Shown here one piece after another: positions 34,685-43,498 of a DNA stretch of 64,000 nucleotides (position 1 is the stretch's first letter; each line of letters opens with the position of its first letter). The position numbers and the translations under genes were made by a program. Where the stretch lies: contig JAFMJV010000001.1 of NCBI GenBank assembly GCA_017853275.1, positions 26,286-90,285 on the forward strand. Direction: 5' to 3'. The DNA comes from Chloroflexota bacterium. GTDB lineage: Bacteria > Chloroflexota > Limnocylindria > Limnocylindrales > CSP1-4. The notes beneath the pieces are model-generated. The model ran no database searches. It was not told where the DNA came from and was given only the letters and a program-made list of their open reading frames with translations.

Positions 34685-34713
34685 GGGGCGGCACCGGACC
34701 GGTGCCGCCCCTT
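34685..34713 (+). terminator. Intrinsic-terminator-like hairpin after rpsU
   Basis: Perfect palindrome GGGGCGGCACCGG-A-CCGGTGCCGCCCC followed by TT. Same architecture as the dnaK hairpin. Confidence 0.6.
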
Positions 34714-34759
34714 CGGGTCTCCGGGGGCCGTGCGCACCCGGTGGAGATGGAGTGTGGCG

Positions 34760-35224
34760 ATGACGATCGCGGAGCGGCTCACCGCGGATATGAAGACGGC
34801 GATGCGGGAGCAGGACGCGCTCCGGCGCGACACGCTCCGGATGGCGATCTCCGCGGCGGAGTACGCGGAGAAGGCGGCCCGCCGCCCGCTCACGGATGAC
34901 GACCTGATCGGCGTCCTCACCCGCGAGGTGAAGACCCGCCGCGAGGCGGTCGATGCCTACGAGAAGGCCGGCCGGAGCGATCTCGCCGAGAAGGAGCGCC
35001 TGGAGGCGGAGATCCTCGGCGGCTATCTTCCCGCGGCCCTTTCCGCGGACGAGCTCCGCGCGCTCGTCCTCGCCACGATCGACGAGGCGGGGGCGACGGG
35101 GCCGCGCGAGATGGGGAAGGTGATGGGCCTCCTCACGCCGCGGACGCGTGGCCGCGCGGACGGCCGCGAGGTCTCCTCCCTCGTCACGGCGGAGCTGGCG
35201 CGGCGCGCCGGGGGCGCCGCCTGA
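34760..35224 (+). CDS. yqeY: GatB/YqeY domain protein
   Basis: IAERLTADMKTAMREQDALRRDTLRMAISA...EMGKVMGLL. rpsU-yqeY adjacency as in Bacillus. Confidence 0.88.
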   Translation: MTIAERLTADMKTAMREQDALRRDTLRMAISAAEYAEKAARRPLTDDDLIGVLTREVKTRREAVDAYEKAGRSDLAEKERLEAEILGGYLPAALSADELRALVLATIDEAGATGPREMGKVMGLLTPRTRGRADGREVSSLVTAELARRAGGAA

Positions 35225-35793
35225 CCGCTCCCGGGCTCCGGGCACCCCGCCCGCGGATCGCGATCGCGGTCCGCCCGGGCATCGACCCGATCCTTCCGCC
35301 TGCCGCTGCACGCGGGCTCGTGGCGCGCGCTCTGCGCGTGGCCGGCGCGCCGGCGGGGGCGATCGTCGAGGTCGCCTTCGCGGACGACGTCGAGATCGCG
35401 GAGCTCAACGTCACCCACCTCGGCAAGAGCGGCCCCACGGACGTGCTCAGCTTCCCGCTCCTCCCGCCCGGCGCCTTCCCGCCGCACCCGGGCCAGGACC
35501 CCGCGCTCCGGGAGATCGGCGCCGCGGAGCGCTTCATCCTCCCGCCCGGGCTCCCCGTCCACCTCGGGGAGATCGTCCTCTCCGTGGAGCGGGCCGTGGC
35601 GCAGGCCGAGGGCGGGACGGGCGGCTGGACCGGCGACCGGCGCTGGGAGCCCGCGGACGAGATCCGTCTCCTCCTCGTCCACGGCACCCTCCATCTGTGC
35701 GGGTGGGACCACGCGGAGCCCGGGGAGGAGGCCGCGATGCGTGCGCTGGAGCACCGGATCCTGGCTGCCGCGGAGAGACGACGCAACCTCTGA
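35221..35793 (+). CDS. ybeY: rRNA maturation endoribonuclease YbeY
   Basis: PTDVLSFPL and zinc motif HGTLHLCGWDH. The N-terminal strand RIAIAVRPG... lies upstream of the first canonical start (GTG 35320). CTG 35221 in a CTGA overlap with the yqeY stop is proposed. Confidence 0.85.
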   Translation: MTAPGLRAPRPRIAIAVRPGIDPILPPAAARGLVARALRVAGAPAGAIVEVAFADDVEIAELNVTHLGKSGPTDVLSFPLLPPGAFPPHPGQDPALREIGAAERFILPPGLPVHLGEIVLSVERAVAQAEGGTGGWTGDRRWEPADEIRLLLVHGTLHLCGWDHAEPGEEAAMRALEHRILAAAERRRNL

Positions 35794-35873
35794 GGACCCC
35801 GCTGCCTCAGAAGGGGAGGAACGGATGCCAGGCACGACCGCCGGCCCCCCTTCCCCTCCACGGGAGCTCACAG

Positions 35874-36311
35874 ATGGTCAAGCGGATCGCCCTCATCGTC
35901 TCCTCGCTCTCCGCCGCGCTCGTCCTTGCCGCCGGGCTCGCGTGGGCCGGCTACGGCCCCCAGGCCTCGGTCGCCGCCGAGCAGGAGGCCGCCGCCGCCG
36001 ATCCTGCCGGCGCGGTCGCGGCGCTCCTCGTTCCCTGGGAAGCCGGCACGGCCGCCGCGCTCGCCCCCGTCGTCCAGGTCGAGGAGGAGATCGTCTACAT
36101 CGAGCCGGCGCCCACGCCGAAGACGATCCGGGTCGTCCGCAAGGCAGCCGCCGTGAGCGCGGGGAGCCGCGCCGTGCGCAGCAGCGGGGACGACCACCAG
36201 GGCCGTGGCCATGACGGCGAGTACGAGGATGAGGACGAGGACGAGCACGAGGACGAGGACGAGGACGAGGACGAGCACGAGGAGCGCGAGCACGAGCGGG
36301 AGGACGACTGA
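35874..36311 (+). CDS. Small membrane-anchored/secreted protein with acidic His-rich tail, function unknown
   Basis: MVKRIALIVSSLSAALVLAAGLAWAG anchor or signal. GGGAG lies 7 nt upstream. C-terminus: GDDHQGRGHDGEYEDEDEDEHEDEDEDEDEHEEREHEREDD. Confidence 0.7.
   Translation: MVKRIALIVSSLSAALVLAAGLAWAGYGPQASVAAEQEAAAADPAGAVAALLVPWEAGTAAALAPVVQVEEEIVYIEPAPTPKTIRVVRKAAAVSAGSRAVRSSGDDHQGRGHDGEYEDEDEDEHEDEDEDEDEHEEREHEREDD
36225..36308 (+). repeat. Coding low-complexity repeat (GAG-GAC/CAC)n
   Basis: Alternating GAG and GAC/GAT/CAC codons encode the (E-D/H)n tail. Confidence 0.9.
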
Positions 36312-36679
36312 TGTCCGGCTCTTCCGCCCAGCCGCCTGCCCGGAAGCCGAAGCCGGACCCGCGTCCGGGCCGGATCGGGATCGGCGCCGGCGCCCTCGCG
36401 GTCCTCTCCATCCTCACCGTCGCGCTCGTCCCGGTCCCCGCCGCGGAGCCGGGTGCCGACGAGGCCGCGGATGACCTTGCTGCCCTCCCGGCGCGCGAGG
36501 TCCGCGTGGAGACCCGCGTCCGCTATGTCCGCCTGAAGCGCGGGGAGACGGCACCGCCCGGTGCCCGCACGATCGCCGCTGCCGCCCCGACCCCCCGGGT
36601 CGTCGTGACCACGATCGCCGCCCCGGCCCCCGCCCGCGAGCGCCGGAGCGCGGGCCGGACGCGTCAGTCCGGGGGCTGA
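36311..36679 (+). CDS. Small single-pass membrane protein, function unknown
   Basis: Basic N-terminus, then TM helix IGIGAGALAVLSILTVALVPV. Shares an APTP[KR]-beta-branched motif with the preceding protein. TGATG overlap. Confidence 0.6.
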   Translation: MSGSSAQPPARKPKPDPRPGRIGIGAGALAVLSILTVALVPVPAAEPGADEAADDLAALPAREVRVETRVRYVRLKRGETAPPGARTIAAAAPTPRVVVTTIAAPAPARERRSAGRTRQSGG

Positions 36680-36683
36680 CCCG

Positions 36684-37661
36684 ATGGCTCTCGCTGCCCT
36701 CGACCGTCCGGATCCCGGGCGCCTCCGCGCGGACGCTCCGGTCGAGCTCACCCATGCCCACCGGACGATGGGCGGGATGCTCACCCTCCGCCTGGCCGTG
36801 CCCCCCGGATCGACCGCGACCGCGGAGCGCTCGCTGCGCCAGGTCGCGGGACGGGTGGATGCCTGGGCGGCCCACCTCACCCGCTACACCGACCGCTCCG
36901 ACCTCGCGGCCCTCAACCGCCGGCCGGACGCTTCCCGCGAGCCGGTGCGTCCGACCCTCGCGGCCGTCCTCGCCTGGGCGGCCCGCGCCGAGGAGGAGAC
37001 CGGCGGGCTCGTGGACGTCACCCTGCTCGATGCACGGCTCACCGCCGAGCCGGGAGCCGATGCGGACGCGGACCCCGCGATGCTCCTCCCCGCAGCCTGG
37101 CGCCTGGAGCGCCACGGACGCGGTGCCGTCGTGGAACGCCAGGCGCCCTGCCGCTTCGACCTGGACGGCGTCGCGAAGGGCTGGATCGCGGACCGCGCCC
37201 TCGCCCTTCTCCGCCGCTACCCCGCCGCGCTCGTCGATGCGGACGGGGACCTGGCGGTCCGGCTGGAGCGCGGACGGACCTGGGAGATCGCGGTCGCCGA
37301 TCCGCGACGACCCGGCACGGACCTCGCGATCCTCTCCCTGGACGACCGCCTCCCGGGTGGCCGCGCCGGGGTCGCGACCTCGGGTACCTCGATCCACCGC
37401 TGGCCGGACGGACCCGACGGGTCCCCGCGCCACCATCTCATCGACCCGCGGACCGGCCGGCCCGCCCGGACCGACCTCGCCCAGGTGACCGTCCTCGCCG
37501 GGGATGCGGCCCGAGCCGAGGTCCTCGCCAAGGCAGCCCTCATCGTGGGCTCCGGCGACGCGATCGACCTCCTCGAGCGGAGCGGCGCCCATGCCGCGCT
37601 CCTCCTGCGCACGGATGGGGAGCTCCTCGCGACGCGCGGCAGCCTCGGGTGGCTGGCATGA
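36684..37661 (+). CDS. apbE: FAD:protein FMN transferase (ApbE family), no detectable signal peptide
   Basis: HRTMGGMLTLRL, FDLDGVAKGWIADRA, GVATSGTSIH, HHLIDPRTGRPA, AEVLAKAAL. The in-frame stop at 36606 and the absence of any start codon before 36684 exclude a longer N-terminus. Confidence 0.88.
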   Translation: MALAALDRPDPGRLRADAPVELTHAHRTMGGMLTLRLAVPPGSTATAERSLRQVAGRVDAWAAHLTRYTDRSDLAALNRRPDASREPVRPTLAAVLAWAARAEEETGGLVDVTLLDARLTAEPGADADADPAMLLPAAWRLERHGRGAVVERQAPCRFDLDGVAKGWIADRALALLRRYPAALVDADGDLAVRLERGRTWEIAVADPRRPGTDLAILSLDDRLPGGRAGVATSGTSIHRWPDGPDGSPRHHLIDPRTGRPARTDLAQVTVLAGDAARAEVLAKAALIVGSGDAIDLLERSGAHAALLLRTDGELLATRGSLGWLA

Positions 37662-38428
37662 ACGGCCGGGGCCTCGATCCGCGCGCCCGCCGGATCGGCT
37701 GGATGCTCGTGGCGGTCGCGATCGCCGCGCTCTACCTTGCGAGCGGGCCGGCCGCCCTCGAGCGCGCGGGCGGCTGGCTGGAGAGCGAGCGGGAGCGTCT
37801 CCCGTGGTACGCCACCCGGCTCCTCGGGCTCCTCTCGTGGCTCGCGATCGCCGGCTCCGTGATCTGGGGCCTCCTCCTCTCCACGGGGATCCTCGATGCG
37901 ATCGCCCACCGGGCGGTCTCGTTCACCCTCCACCAGGACCTCTCCGCCTACGGCCTCGGCCTCGCGCTCGTCCATGCCGCGATCCTGATGATCGACCGCT
38001 CCGTCCCCTACAGCCCCCTCGAGCTCCTCGTCCCCTTCGCCGGCCCCTACCGTCCGATCTGGGTGGGGATCGGCCAGGTCACCCTCTACCTCACGATCGT
38101 CGTCCTCGGCAGCTTCTACGTCCGGAAGCGGATCGGGCAGAAGCGCTGGCGGACGCTCCACTACCTCTCCTTCCTCGCCTTCGTGGGGGCGACGGTCCAC
38201 GGCCTGATGGCGGGGACGGACACGGCGGCGCCCCTCATCCGATGGGCGTACGCGATCGCCGGCGCGATCGTCGCCTTCCTCTTCGTCTACCGGATCGTGC
38301 TCGCCGTGGCTGCCCGTGCCTTCCCGCAGGCCACGCTCCCCACGACGCGCACCCCGCGCACGGTCGTCCCCGCGCAGCCCGCGGCGCCACCGCCGGCCGG
38401 GGCACCTCCCGCGCCGCCCGCCTCCTAG
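37658..38428 (+). CDS. Ferric-reductase-like (FRD/MsrQ-like) transmembrane heme-b protein
   Basis: Six TM helices with spaced His residues (HRAVSFTLHQD; LVHAAILM; LHYLSFLAFVGATVHG). Pro/Ala-rich tail. ATG 37658 in an ATGA overlap with apbE; ATG 37649 is the alternative. Confidence 0.8.
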   Translation: MNGRGLDPRARRIGWMLVAVAIAALYLASGPAALERAGGWLESERERLPWYATRLLGLLSWLAIAGSVIWGLLLSTGILDAIAHRAVSFTLHQDLSAYGLGLALVHAAILMIDRSVPYSPLELLVPFAGPYRPIWVGIGQVTLYLTIVVLGSFYVRKRIGQKRWRTLHYLSFLAFVGATVHGLMAGTDTAAPLIRWAYAIAGAIVAFLFVYRIVLAVAARAFPQATLPTTRTPRTVVPAQPAAPPPAGAPPAPPAS

Positions 38429-38534
38429 CCCCGGCGCGGCTACCATCCCCGGAGACGCCGCGGGCCCGTGGATCGGGCCGGCGGCGGTCCGGCATGGGGA
38501 CCCGCCGTCGCGCGGGATCGGCCACGGAGGCAGG

Positions 38535-39272
38535 GTGAGGATCGTCATCGGGCTCGGGAACCCGGGCAGCCGCTACGAGGGGACACGCCACAACGTGGGC
38601 TGGATGGTCCTCGACCGGCTCGCCGACCGGGCCGGGATCGGCGGCCGGACCAAGGCACGCGACGCCGCGGCGACCGTGCGCGGCCGCTACGAGGAGCTCG
38701 ACCTCCTCCTCGTGAAGCCGATGACCTACATGAACCTCTCCGGCGAGGCGGTCCGCAAGGTGCTCGCCCGGGAGCGGGTCCCGCTCGACGAGACGCTCGT
38801 CGTGGTGGACGACATCGCCCTGCCGCTCGGGCGCCTCCGCCTGCGCGACGAGGGGAGCGCCGGGGGCCACAACGGGCTGCGCTCGATCATCGCGGAGATG
38901 GGGACGCAGCGGTTCGCCCGCCTCCGGGTCGGGATCGGCGCGCCGGAGCGGGGGATGGTGGACCACGTCCTCGGACGCTTCCAGCCCGACGAGGAGGAGC
39001 GCCTCCGGCGCGTCCTGGACGCCGCCACGGACGCGGTCCTCGACTGGGCGCGCCACGGCAGCGGCCGCGCCGCGAACCGCTGGAACGCCTGGGAGCTCCC
39101 CGCCGACTCTGTGGATCCCGCGGGCGCGGCGGGTATCGATGCTCCCGCATCCGCGGGCCGCTCCACGACCTCCGATGCCGGCGGCCGGGTGACCGGGCCG
39201 GACGGGATCGTGCGCACCTCCACCGGCTGGCGGAAGCCGCTCGGGGGACGCGAGCACCGGCACGACGGGTGA
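38535..39272 (+). CDS. pth: Peptidyl-tRNA hydrolase with ~55-aa C-terminal extension
   Basis: RIVIGLGNPGSRYEGTRHNVGW, KPMTYMNLSGEAV, VVVDDIALPLGRLRLR, GGHNGLRS. GTG 38535 after GGAGG. Confidence 0.93.
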   Translation: MRIVIGLGNPGSRYEGTRHNVGWMVLDRLADRAGIGGRTKARDAAATVRGRYEELDLLLVKPMTYMNLSGEAVRKVLARERVPLDETLVVVDDIALPLGRLRLRDEGSAGGHNGLRSIIAEMGTQRFARLRVGIGAPERGMVDHVLGRFQPDEEERLRRVLDAATDAVLDWARHGSGRAANRWNAWELPADSVDPAGAAGIDAPASAGRSTTSDAGGRVTGPDGIVRTSTGWRKPLGGREHRHDG

Positions 39273-42200
39273 GCGGAGACCGCACCCCGCTCCGCGGCCG
39301 GCGCGGTCGCGAGCGGCGGATCGCCACGCTCGCGGACGCGGTGGCGGAAGCGCGCGCCGCGCGGGCCGGGAGCGCCACCACCCCGGCGCGCCACCGGGTA
39401 TCGGACCTCTCCGCGCTCGTGGGCTCCCTCGCTGCGGCGGGGACCCTGCGCGACCTCGCCGATGCGCTCGGCGGGCCGAAGGCAGGCCGGGCAGGCTCCG
39501 CCCGTCGCCACCGGATCCTCGCCGGGATCCCCCACGGCGCGAAGAGCTACCTCGCCGCCGCCCTCGCCTCCGCCACCGGGGAGCGGATCGTCTGGATCGC
39601 CCGGGACGCGGAGATCGCGGACCGGGTCGCGGACGAGCTCGCCGTCTGGCTCGGCGATCCCGCCCGTGTCGTCGTCCTCGAGCCGCGGACAGCCCTGCCC
39701 TGGGAGCGCGGCGAGCTCGTCCGGGATGAGGGTGCGGCCCGGGTGGCCACGCTCGCGGCATGGCGTGACCCGGACGGGCCGCCGCGGATCCTCGTGGCGG
39801 GGGTCCAGGCCCTCCTCCAGCGGACGATCGCGCCGGCGGACCTGCCGGATGCGCCGCTCGTCCTCCGGCCGGGTCTCCGCCTCGCCCAGGAGAAGGTCCT
39901 CTCGGCGCTCGCCGCGCTCGGCTACGAGCACGTGCCCGAGGTCGGCGGCCGCGGGGAGCTGGCGCGCCGCGGGGGCATCCTCGACTGCTTCCCGGCCGGC
40001 CGGCCGCTCCCCGTGCGGATCGAGTGGCTGGGGGATGAGATCGCCTCGATCCGTGCCTTCGACCCGGCGGACCAGCGGGGGGTCGGTCCGGTCGATGCCG
40101 TGACCCTCCTTCCCGCGAGCGAGCTGGCGGGCGCGCTCGGGGATCCGGAGCGGATCACGGAGCGCCTCGGGCGGCTGGCGGGCCGCCTGACCGAGCGCCT
40201 GGCGGAGGACCGCGCGCGCCTCGAGACGGGCGACCCCGGGGACGCCGCCGAGGTCTGGGGTGGCATCCTCGCGCCGGCCTTCCCGGTCGATCACCTCGGC
40301 GAGCCGATCGTCATCCTCGACGAGCCGGACGAGATCGCTGCCGCCCTCGCCTTCCTCCACGGCCAGGCGGACGAGCGCCGGGCCGAGCTGGAGCAGGCGG
40401 GCGAGCTGCCCCGTGGATGGCCGGGTGTCCATCCCGACCCGGCGCGCTGGGAGGCGGCGCTCGGGCGGCTGCGGACCCTCGCCCTCACCTGGGAGCCGGA
40501 AGCGGACGGCGCCCCGCCCGGTGGCAACCCGTTCGGCTGGCACGAGCCACAGCTCCCCCCGGCGCCGATGGGCGACCTCGCCCGGACGATCGCCCGGTTG
40601 CGCGCGGAGGGGGGCCGGGTCGTCATCGCCACGGACCAGTCGGCCCGGATCGCGGAGATCCTCGAGGAGGGCGGGGCGATCGCGGCCCCCGTCTCGCGGA
40701 TCGGCGGCCCGCTTCCGGACGGCGGGCTTGCGCTCGTCGACCGGAGCCTCGGCGGCGGCTTCGCCGGGGGCCCGGACGGCCATGTCGTGCTCACGGACCG
40801 GGAGCTCTTCGGGACCGTCCGCGTGCGCCGCCCGCGCGCCCTCCGGCGGGTCGTGGCGAAGGACCTCCTCGAGCGTCTCGTCCCCGGAGACCATGTCGTC
40901 CACGCGGACCGCGGGATCGCGCGCTACGCGGGCCTCGTCCGGCGGAGCGCCGGGGGCGAGGCGGGCGAGGCGCGCGACTACCTCGAGCTCCACTTCGCGG
41001 GCGGGGACCGGATCTGGGTCGCGGTGGAGCAGATCGATCGCGTCTCCCGCTACGCGGGCGGTGAGACCCCCCAGCTCTCCGCGCTCGGCAGCGGCGAGTG
41101 GCAGCGCGCCCGGACCCGGGTCCGGAAGGCGGTGGGCGATCTCGCGAAGGACCTCCTCGCCCTCTACAGCCGGCGCGCCGCGGCACGTGGCCGCTCCTTC
41201 GGCGAGGACACCCCCTGGCAGGCGGAGATGGAGGCGGCCTTCCCCTACGAGGAGACCCGCGACCAGCTGCGCGCGATCCTCGAGGTGAAGGAGGACCTGG
41301 AGCGCGAGACGCCGATGGACCGGCTCGTCGTGGGCGACGTGGGCTACGGGAAGACGGAGGTCGCGATCCGCGCCGCCTTCAAGGCGATCCAGGCGGGGAC
41401 GCAGGTCGCCGTCCTCGTCCCCACCACGATCCTCGCCGCCCAGCACTTCCAGACCTTCCGCGCCCGGTTCGCGGCCTACCCGATCTCCGTCCGGATGCTC
41501 TCCCGCTTCGTCCCCGCCGCCGAGCAGACGGAGACGATCGGCGGCCTCGCGAAGGGGAGCGTGGACCTCGTCATCGGGACCCACAAGCTCCTCGGGAAGG
41601 AGGTCCGCTTCCGTGACCTGGGCCTCGTCATCGTGGACGAGGAGCAGCGCTTCGGCGTCGCGCACAAGGAGCGCCTGAAGCAGCTGCGCACGGAGGTCCA
41701 CGTCCTCACCCTCTCCGCGACGCCGATCCCCCGGACGCTCAACCTCGCGCTCGCCGGGATCCGGGAGATGAGCGTCATCGAGACGCCGCCGGAGGACCGC
41801 CTCCCGATCCAGACGCGTGTCGCCGAGGCGTCCGCGGGGCTCGTCCGGGATGCGATCGTGCGCGAGCTGGACCGCGGCGGCCAGGTCTTCTACGTCCACA
41901 ACCGGGTGGAGACGATCGAGGCGCAGGCGGAGCAGCTCCGGCGCCTCCTCCCCGAGACGCGGATCATCGTGGGCCATGGGCAGATGGCGGAGACGGAGCT
42001 CGAGCGCGTCATGCTCGCCTTCGCGCGCGGCGAGGCGGAGGTCCTCGTCTCCACCACGATCATCGAATCGGGGCTCGACATCCCGAACGCGAACACGATC
42101 GTCATCGACCGCGCGGACGCCCTCGGCCTCGCCCAGCTCTACCAGCTGCGCGGGCGGGTCGGTCGCTCCTCGCGCCGCGCCTACGCCTACCTCCTCTACC

Positions 42201-42946
42201 GGCGGAAGGACCGCCTCTCCGATGTCGCCCGGAAGCGCCTCCAGGCGATCTTCAACGCCTCGGAGCTCGGGGCGGGCTTCCAGATCGCGCTCGCCGACCT
42301 CGAGATCCGCGGGGCCGGGAATATCCTCGGCGGCGAGCAGCACGGGCAGATCGCCGCGGTCGGCTTCGACCTCTACACGCGGATGCTCGCGGAGGCGGTG
42401 GAGACGGAGAAGGCGGTCCTGGAGGACCGGGAGCCGCGCCATGCGCGGATCTCCGCGGAGATCGACCTGCCGGTGGACGCCTACCTCCCGGATGCCTACA
42501 TCCCGGAGGAGCCGCACCGGCTCGAGCTCTACCGGCGGCTCGGACGCGTCGTCATGGAGAGCGAGCTGGCCTCGATGCAGGCCGAGCTCCTCGACCGCTA
42601 CGGACCTCTCCCGCCCCCCGTGGAGCGCCTCCTCATGGTCGCGCGCCTCCGCTACACCGCGGAGGACGCCGGGATCGCCTCCGTCTCGCGGGACGAGGGC
42701 CGCCTCGTCCTCCGCTTCGCGCCGGGCTGGTCGAAGGCCGTCACCGCGCGCTCGCTCGCGCCCCGCGATCCCGCCGACCCGATCCGGGCGCTCGCCGGCG
42801 GGATCGTCTACGGGTCGAACCAGCTGCGGGTCCGGATGCCGCGGGACGCGGAGTCCGCGTGGCGCCTCACGCGCATCCTCGTGGAGCGGATCGCCGCCGC
42901 CGTGGAAGCCCTGCCCTCCGAGCCCGGGGAGGGCGCCGCGACTTGA
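39269..42946 (+). CDS. mfd: Transcription-repair coupling factor Mfd
   Basis: UvrB-homology N-terminus; CarD/RID-like segment GDHVVHADRGIARYAGL; SF2 helicase motifs GDVGYGKTEVAIRAAF, VIVDEEQRFGV, LTLSATPIPRTL, HGQM, QLRGRVGRS; TRG region. GTG 39269 in a GTGA overlap with the pth stop; GTG 39341 is the alternative. Confidence 0.95.
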   Translation: MSGDRTPLRGRRGRERRIATLADAVAEARAARAGSATTPARHRVSDLSALVGSLAAAGTLRDLADALGGPKAGRAGSARRHRILAGIPHGAKSYLAAALASATGERIVWIARDAEIADRVADELAVWLGDPARVVVLEPRTALPWERGELVRDEGAARVATLAAWRDPDGPPRILVAGVQALLQRTIAPADLPDAPLVLRPGLRLAQEKVLSALAALGYEHVPEVGGRGELARRGGILDCFPAGRPLPVRIEWLGDEIASIRAFDPADQRGVGPVDAVTLLPASELAGALGDPERITERLGRLAGRLTERLAEDRARLETGDPGDAAEVWGGILAPAFPVDHLGEPIVILDEPDEIAAALAFLHGQADERRAELEQAGELPRGWPGVHPDPARWEAALGRLRTLALTWEPEADGAPPGGNPFGWHEPQLPPAPMGDLARTIARLRAEGGRVVIATDQSARIAEILEEGGAIAAPVSRIGGPLPDGGLALVDRSLGGGFAGGPDGHVVLTDRELFGTVRVRRPRALRRVVAKDLLERLVPGDHVVHADRGIARYAGLVRRSAGGEAGEARDYLELHFAGGDRIWVAVEQIDRVSRYAGGETPQLSALGSGEWQRARTRVRKAVGDLAKDLLALYSRRAAARGRSFGEDTPWQAEMEAAFPYEETRDQLRAILEVKEDLERETPMDRLVVGDVGYGKTEVAIRAAFKAIQAGTQVAVLVPTTILAAQHFQTFRARFAAYPISVRMLSRFVPAAEQTETIGGLAKGSVDLVIGTHKLLGKEVRFRDLGLVIVDEEQRFGVAHKERLKQLRTEVHVLTLSATPIPRTLNLALAGIREMSVIETPPEDRLPIQTRVAEASAGLVRDAIVRELDRGGQVFYVHNRVETIEAQAEQLRRLLPETRIIVGHGQMAETELERVMLAFARGEAEVLVSTTIIESGLDIPNANTIVIDRADALGLAQLYQLRGRVGRSSRRAYAYLLYRRKDRLSDVARKRLQAIFNASELGAGFQIALADLEIRGAGNILGGEQHGQIAAVGFDLYTRMLAEAVETEKAVLEDREPRHARISAEIDLPVDAYLPDAYIPEEPHRLELYRRLGRVVMESELASMQAELLDRYGPLPPPVERLLMVARLRYTAEDAGIASVSRDEGRLVLRFAPGWSKAVTARSLAPRDPADPIRALAGGIVYGSNQLRVRMPRDAESAWRLTRILVERIAAAVEALPSEPGEGAAT

Positions 42947-43012
42947 CCCCGCGCCCCGCGCGGTGCCACGATGCGCCCCGTCATCCGCCGCATCCACCGG
43001 GAGGTCCGCCGC

Positions 43013-43498
43013 GTGCCCCAGGAGGTCTCGCTCGTCGTCAACGGTGTCGACCGCCGGGTCTCCGTGGAGCCACGCAGGATGCTCGCGGAGCTCCTCCGCG
43101 ATGACCTCGGCCTGACCGGTACGAACCTCGGCTGCGATACGACGCAGTGCGGCGCCTGCACCGTCCTCCTCGACGGCCGCGCCGTGAAGAGCTGCTCGGT
43201 CCTCGCGCTCCAGGCGGAGGGGAGCTCCGTGACCACGATCGAGGGGCTGGCGGAGGGTGGCACGCTCCACCCGCTCCAGACGGCCTTCGCGGAGTGCCAC
43301 GGCCTCCAGTGCGGCTTCTGCACCCCGGGGATGATCCTCGCCGCTGCGGACCTCATCGCCCGCGACCCGGACCCGGCCCCGGAGACGGTCCGCCACGCGC
43401 TGGAGGGGAACCTCTGTCGCTGCACCGGCTACCACACGATCGTGGACGCGGTCCTCGCGGGTGCCGCCGCGATGCGTGATGACGGGGCGGCACGATGA
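43013..43498 (+). CDS. (2Fe-2S)-binding small subunit of a xanthine dehydrogenase/aerobic CO dehydrogenase-family enzyme (CoxS-like)
   Basis: [12 protein letters not shown] and CGFCTPGM...NLCRCTGY cluster motifs. GTG 43013 with GGGAGG 8 nt upstream; ATG 42971 is the alternative. Confidence 0.9.
   Translation: MPQEVSLVVNGVDRRVSVEPRRMLAELLRDDLGLTGTNLGCDTTQCGACTVLLDGRAVKSCSVLALQAEGSSVTTIEGLAEGGTLHPLQTAFAECHGLQCGFCTPGMILAAADLIARDPDPAPETVRHALEGNLCRCTGYHTIVDAVLAGAAAMRDDGAAR

Noticed and set aside
35811-36214. ATG 35825 preceded by a very strong SD (AAGGGGAGGA) as the start of a CDS
   Set aside because: Its frame encodes an Arg/Pro/Gly-rich sequence with no stop until 36214. The overlapping frame from ATG 35874 gives a clean signal-anchor protein. 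At most it could act as a decoy or uORF start.
38726-43435. 1569-aa minus-strand ORF spanning pth, mfd and the CoxS-like gene
   Set aside because: Antisense shadow of strongly supported plus-strand genes. Its composition is not protein-like.
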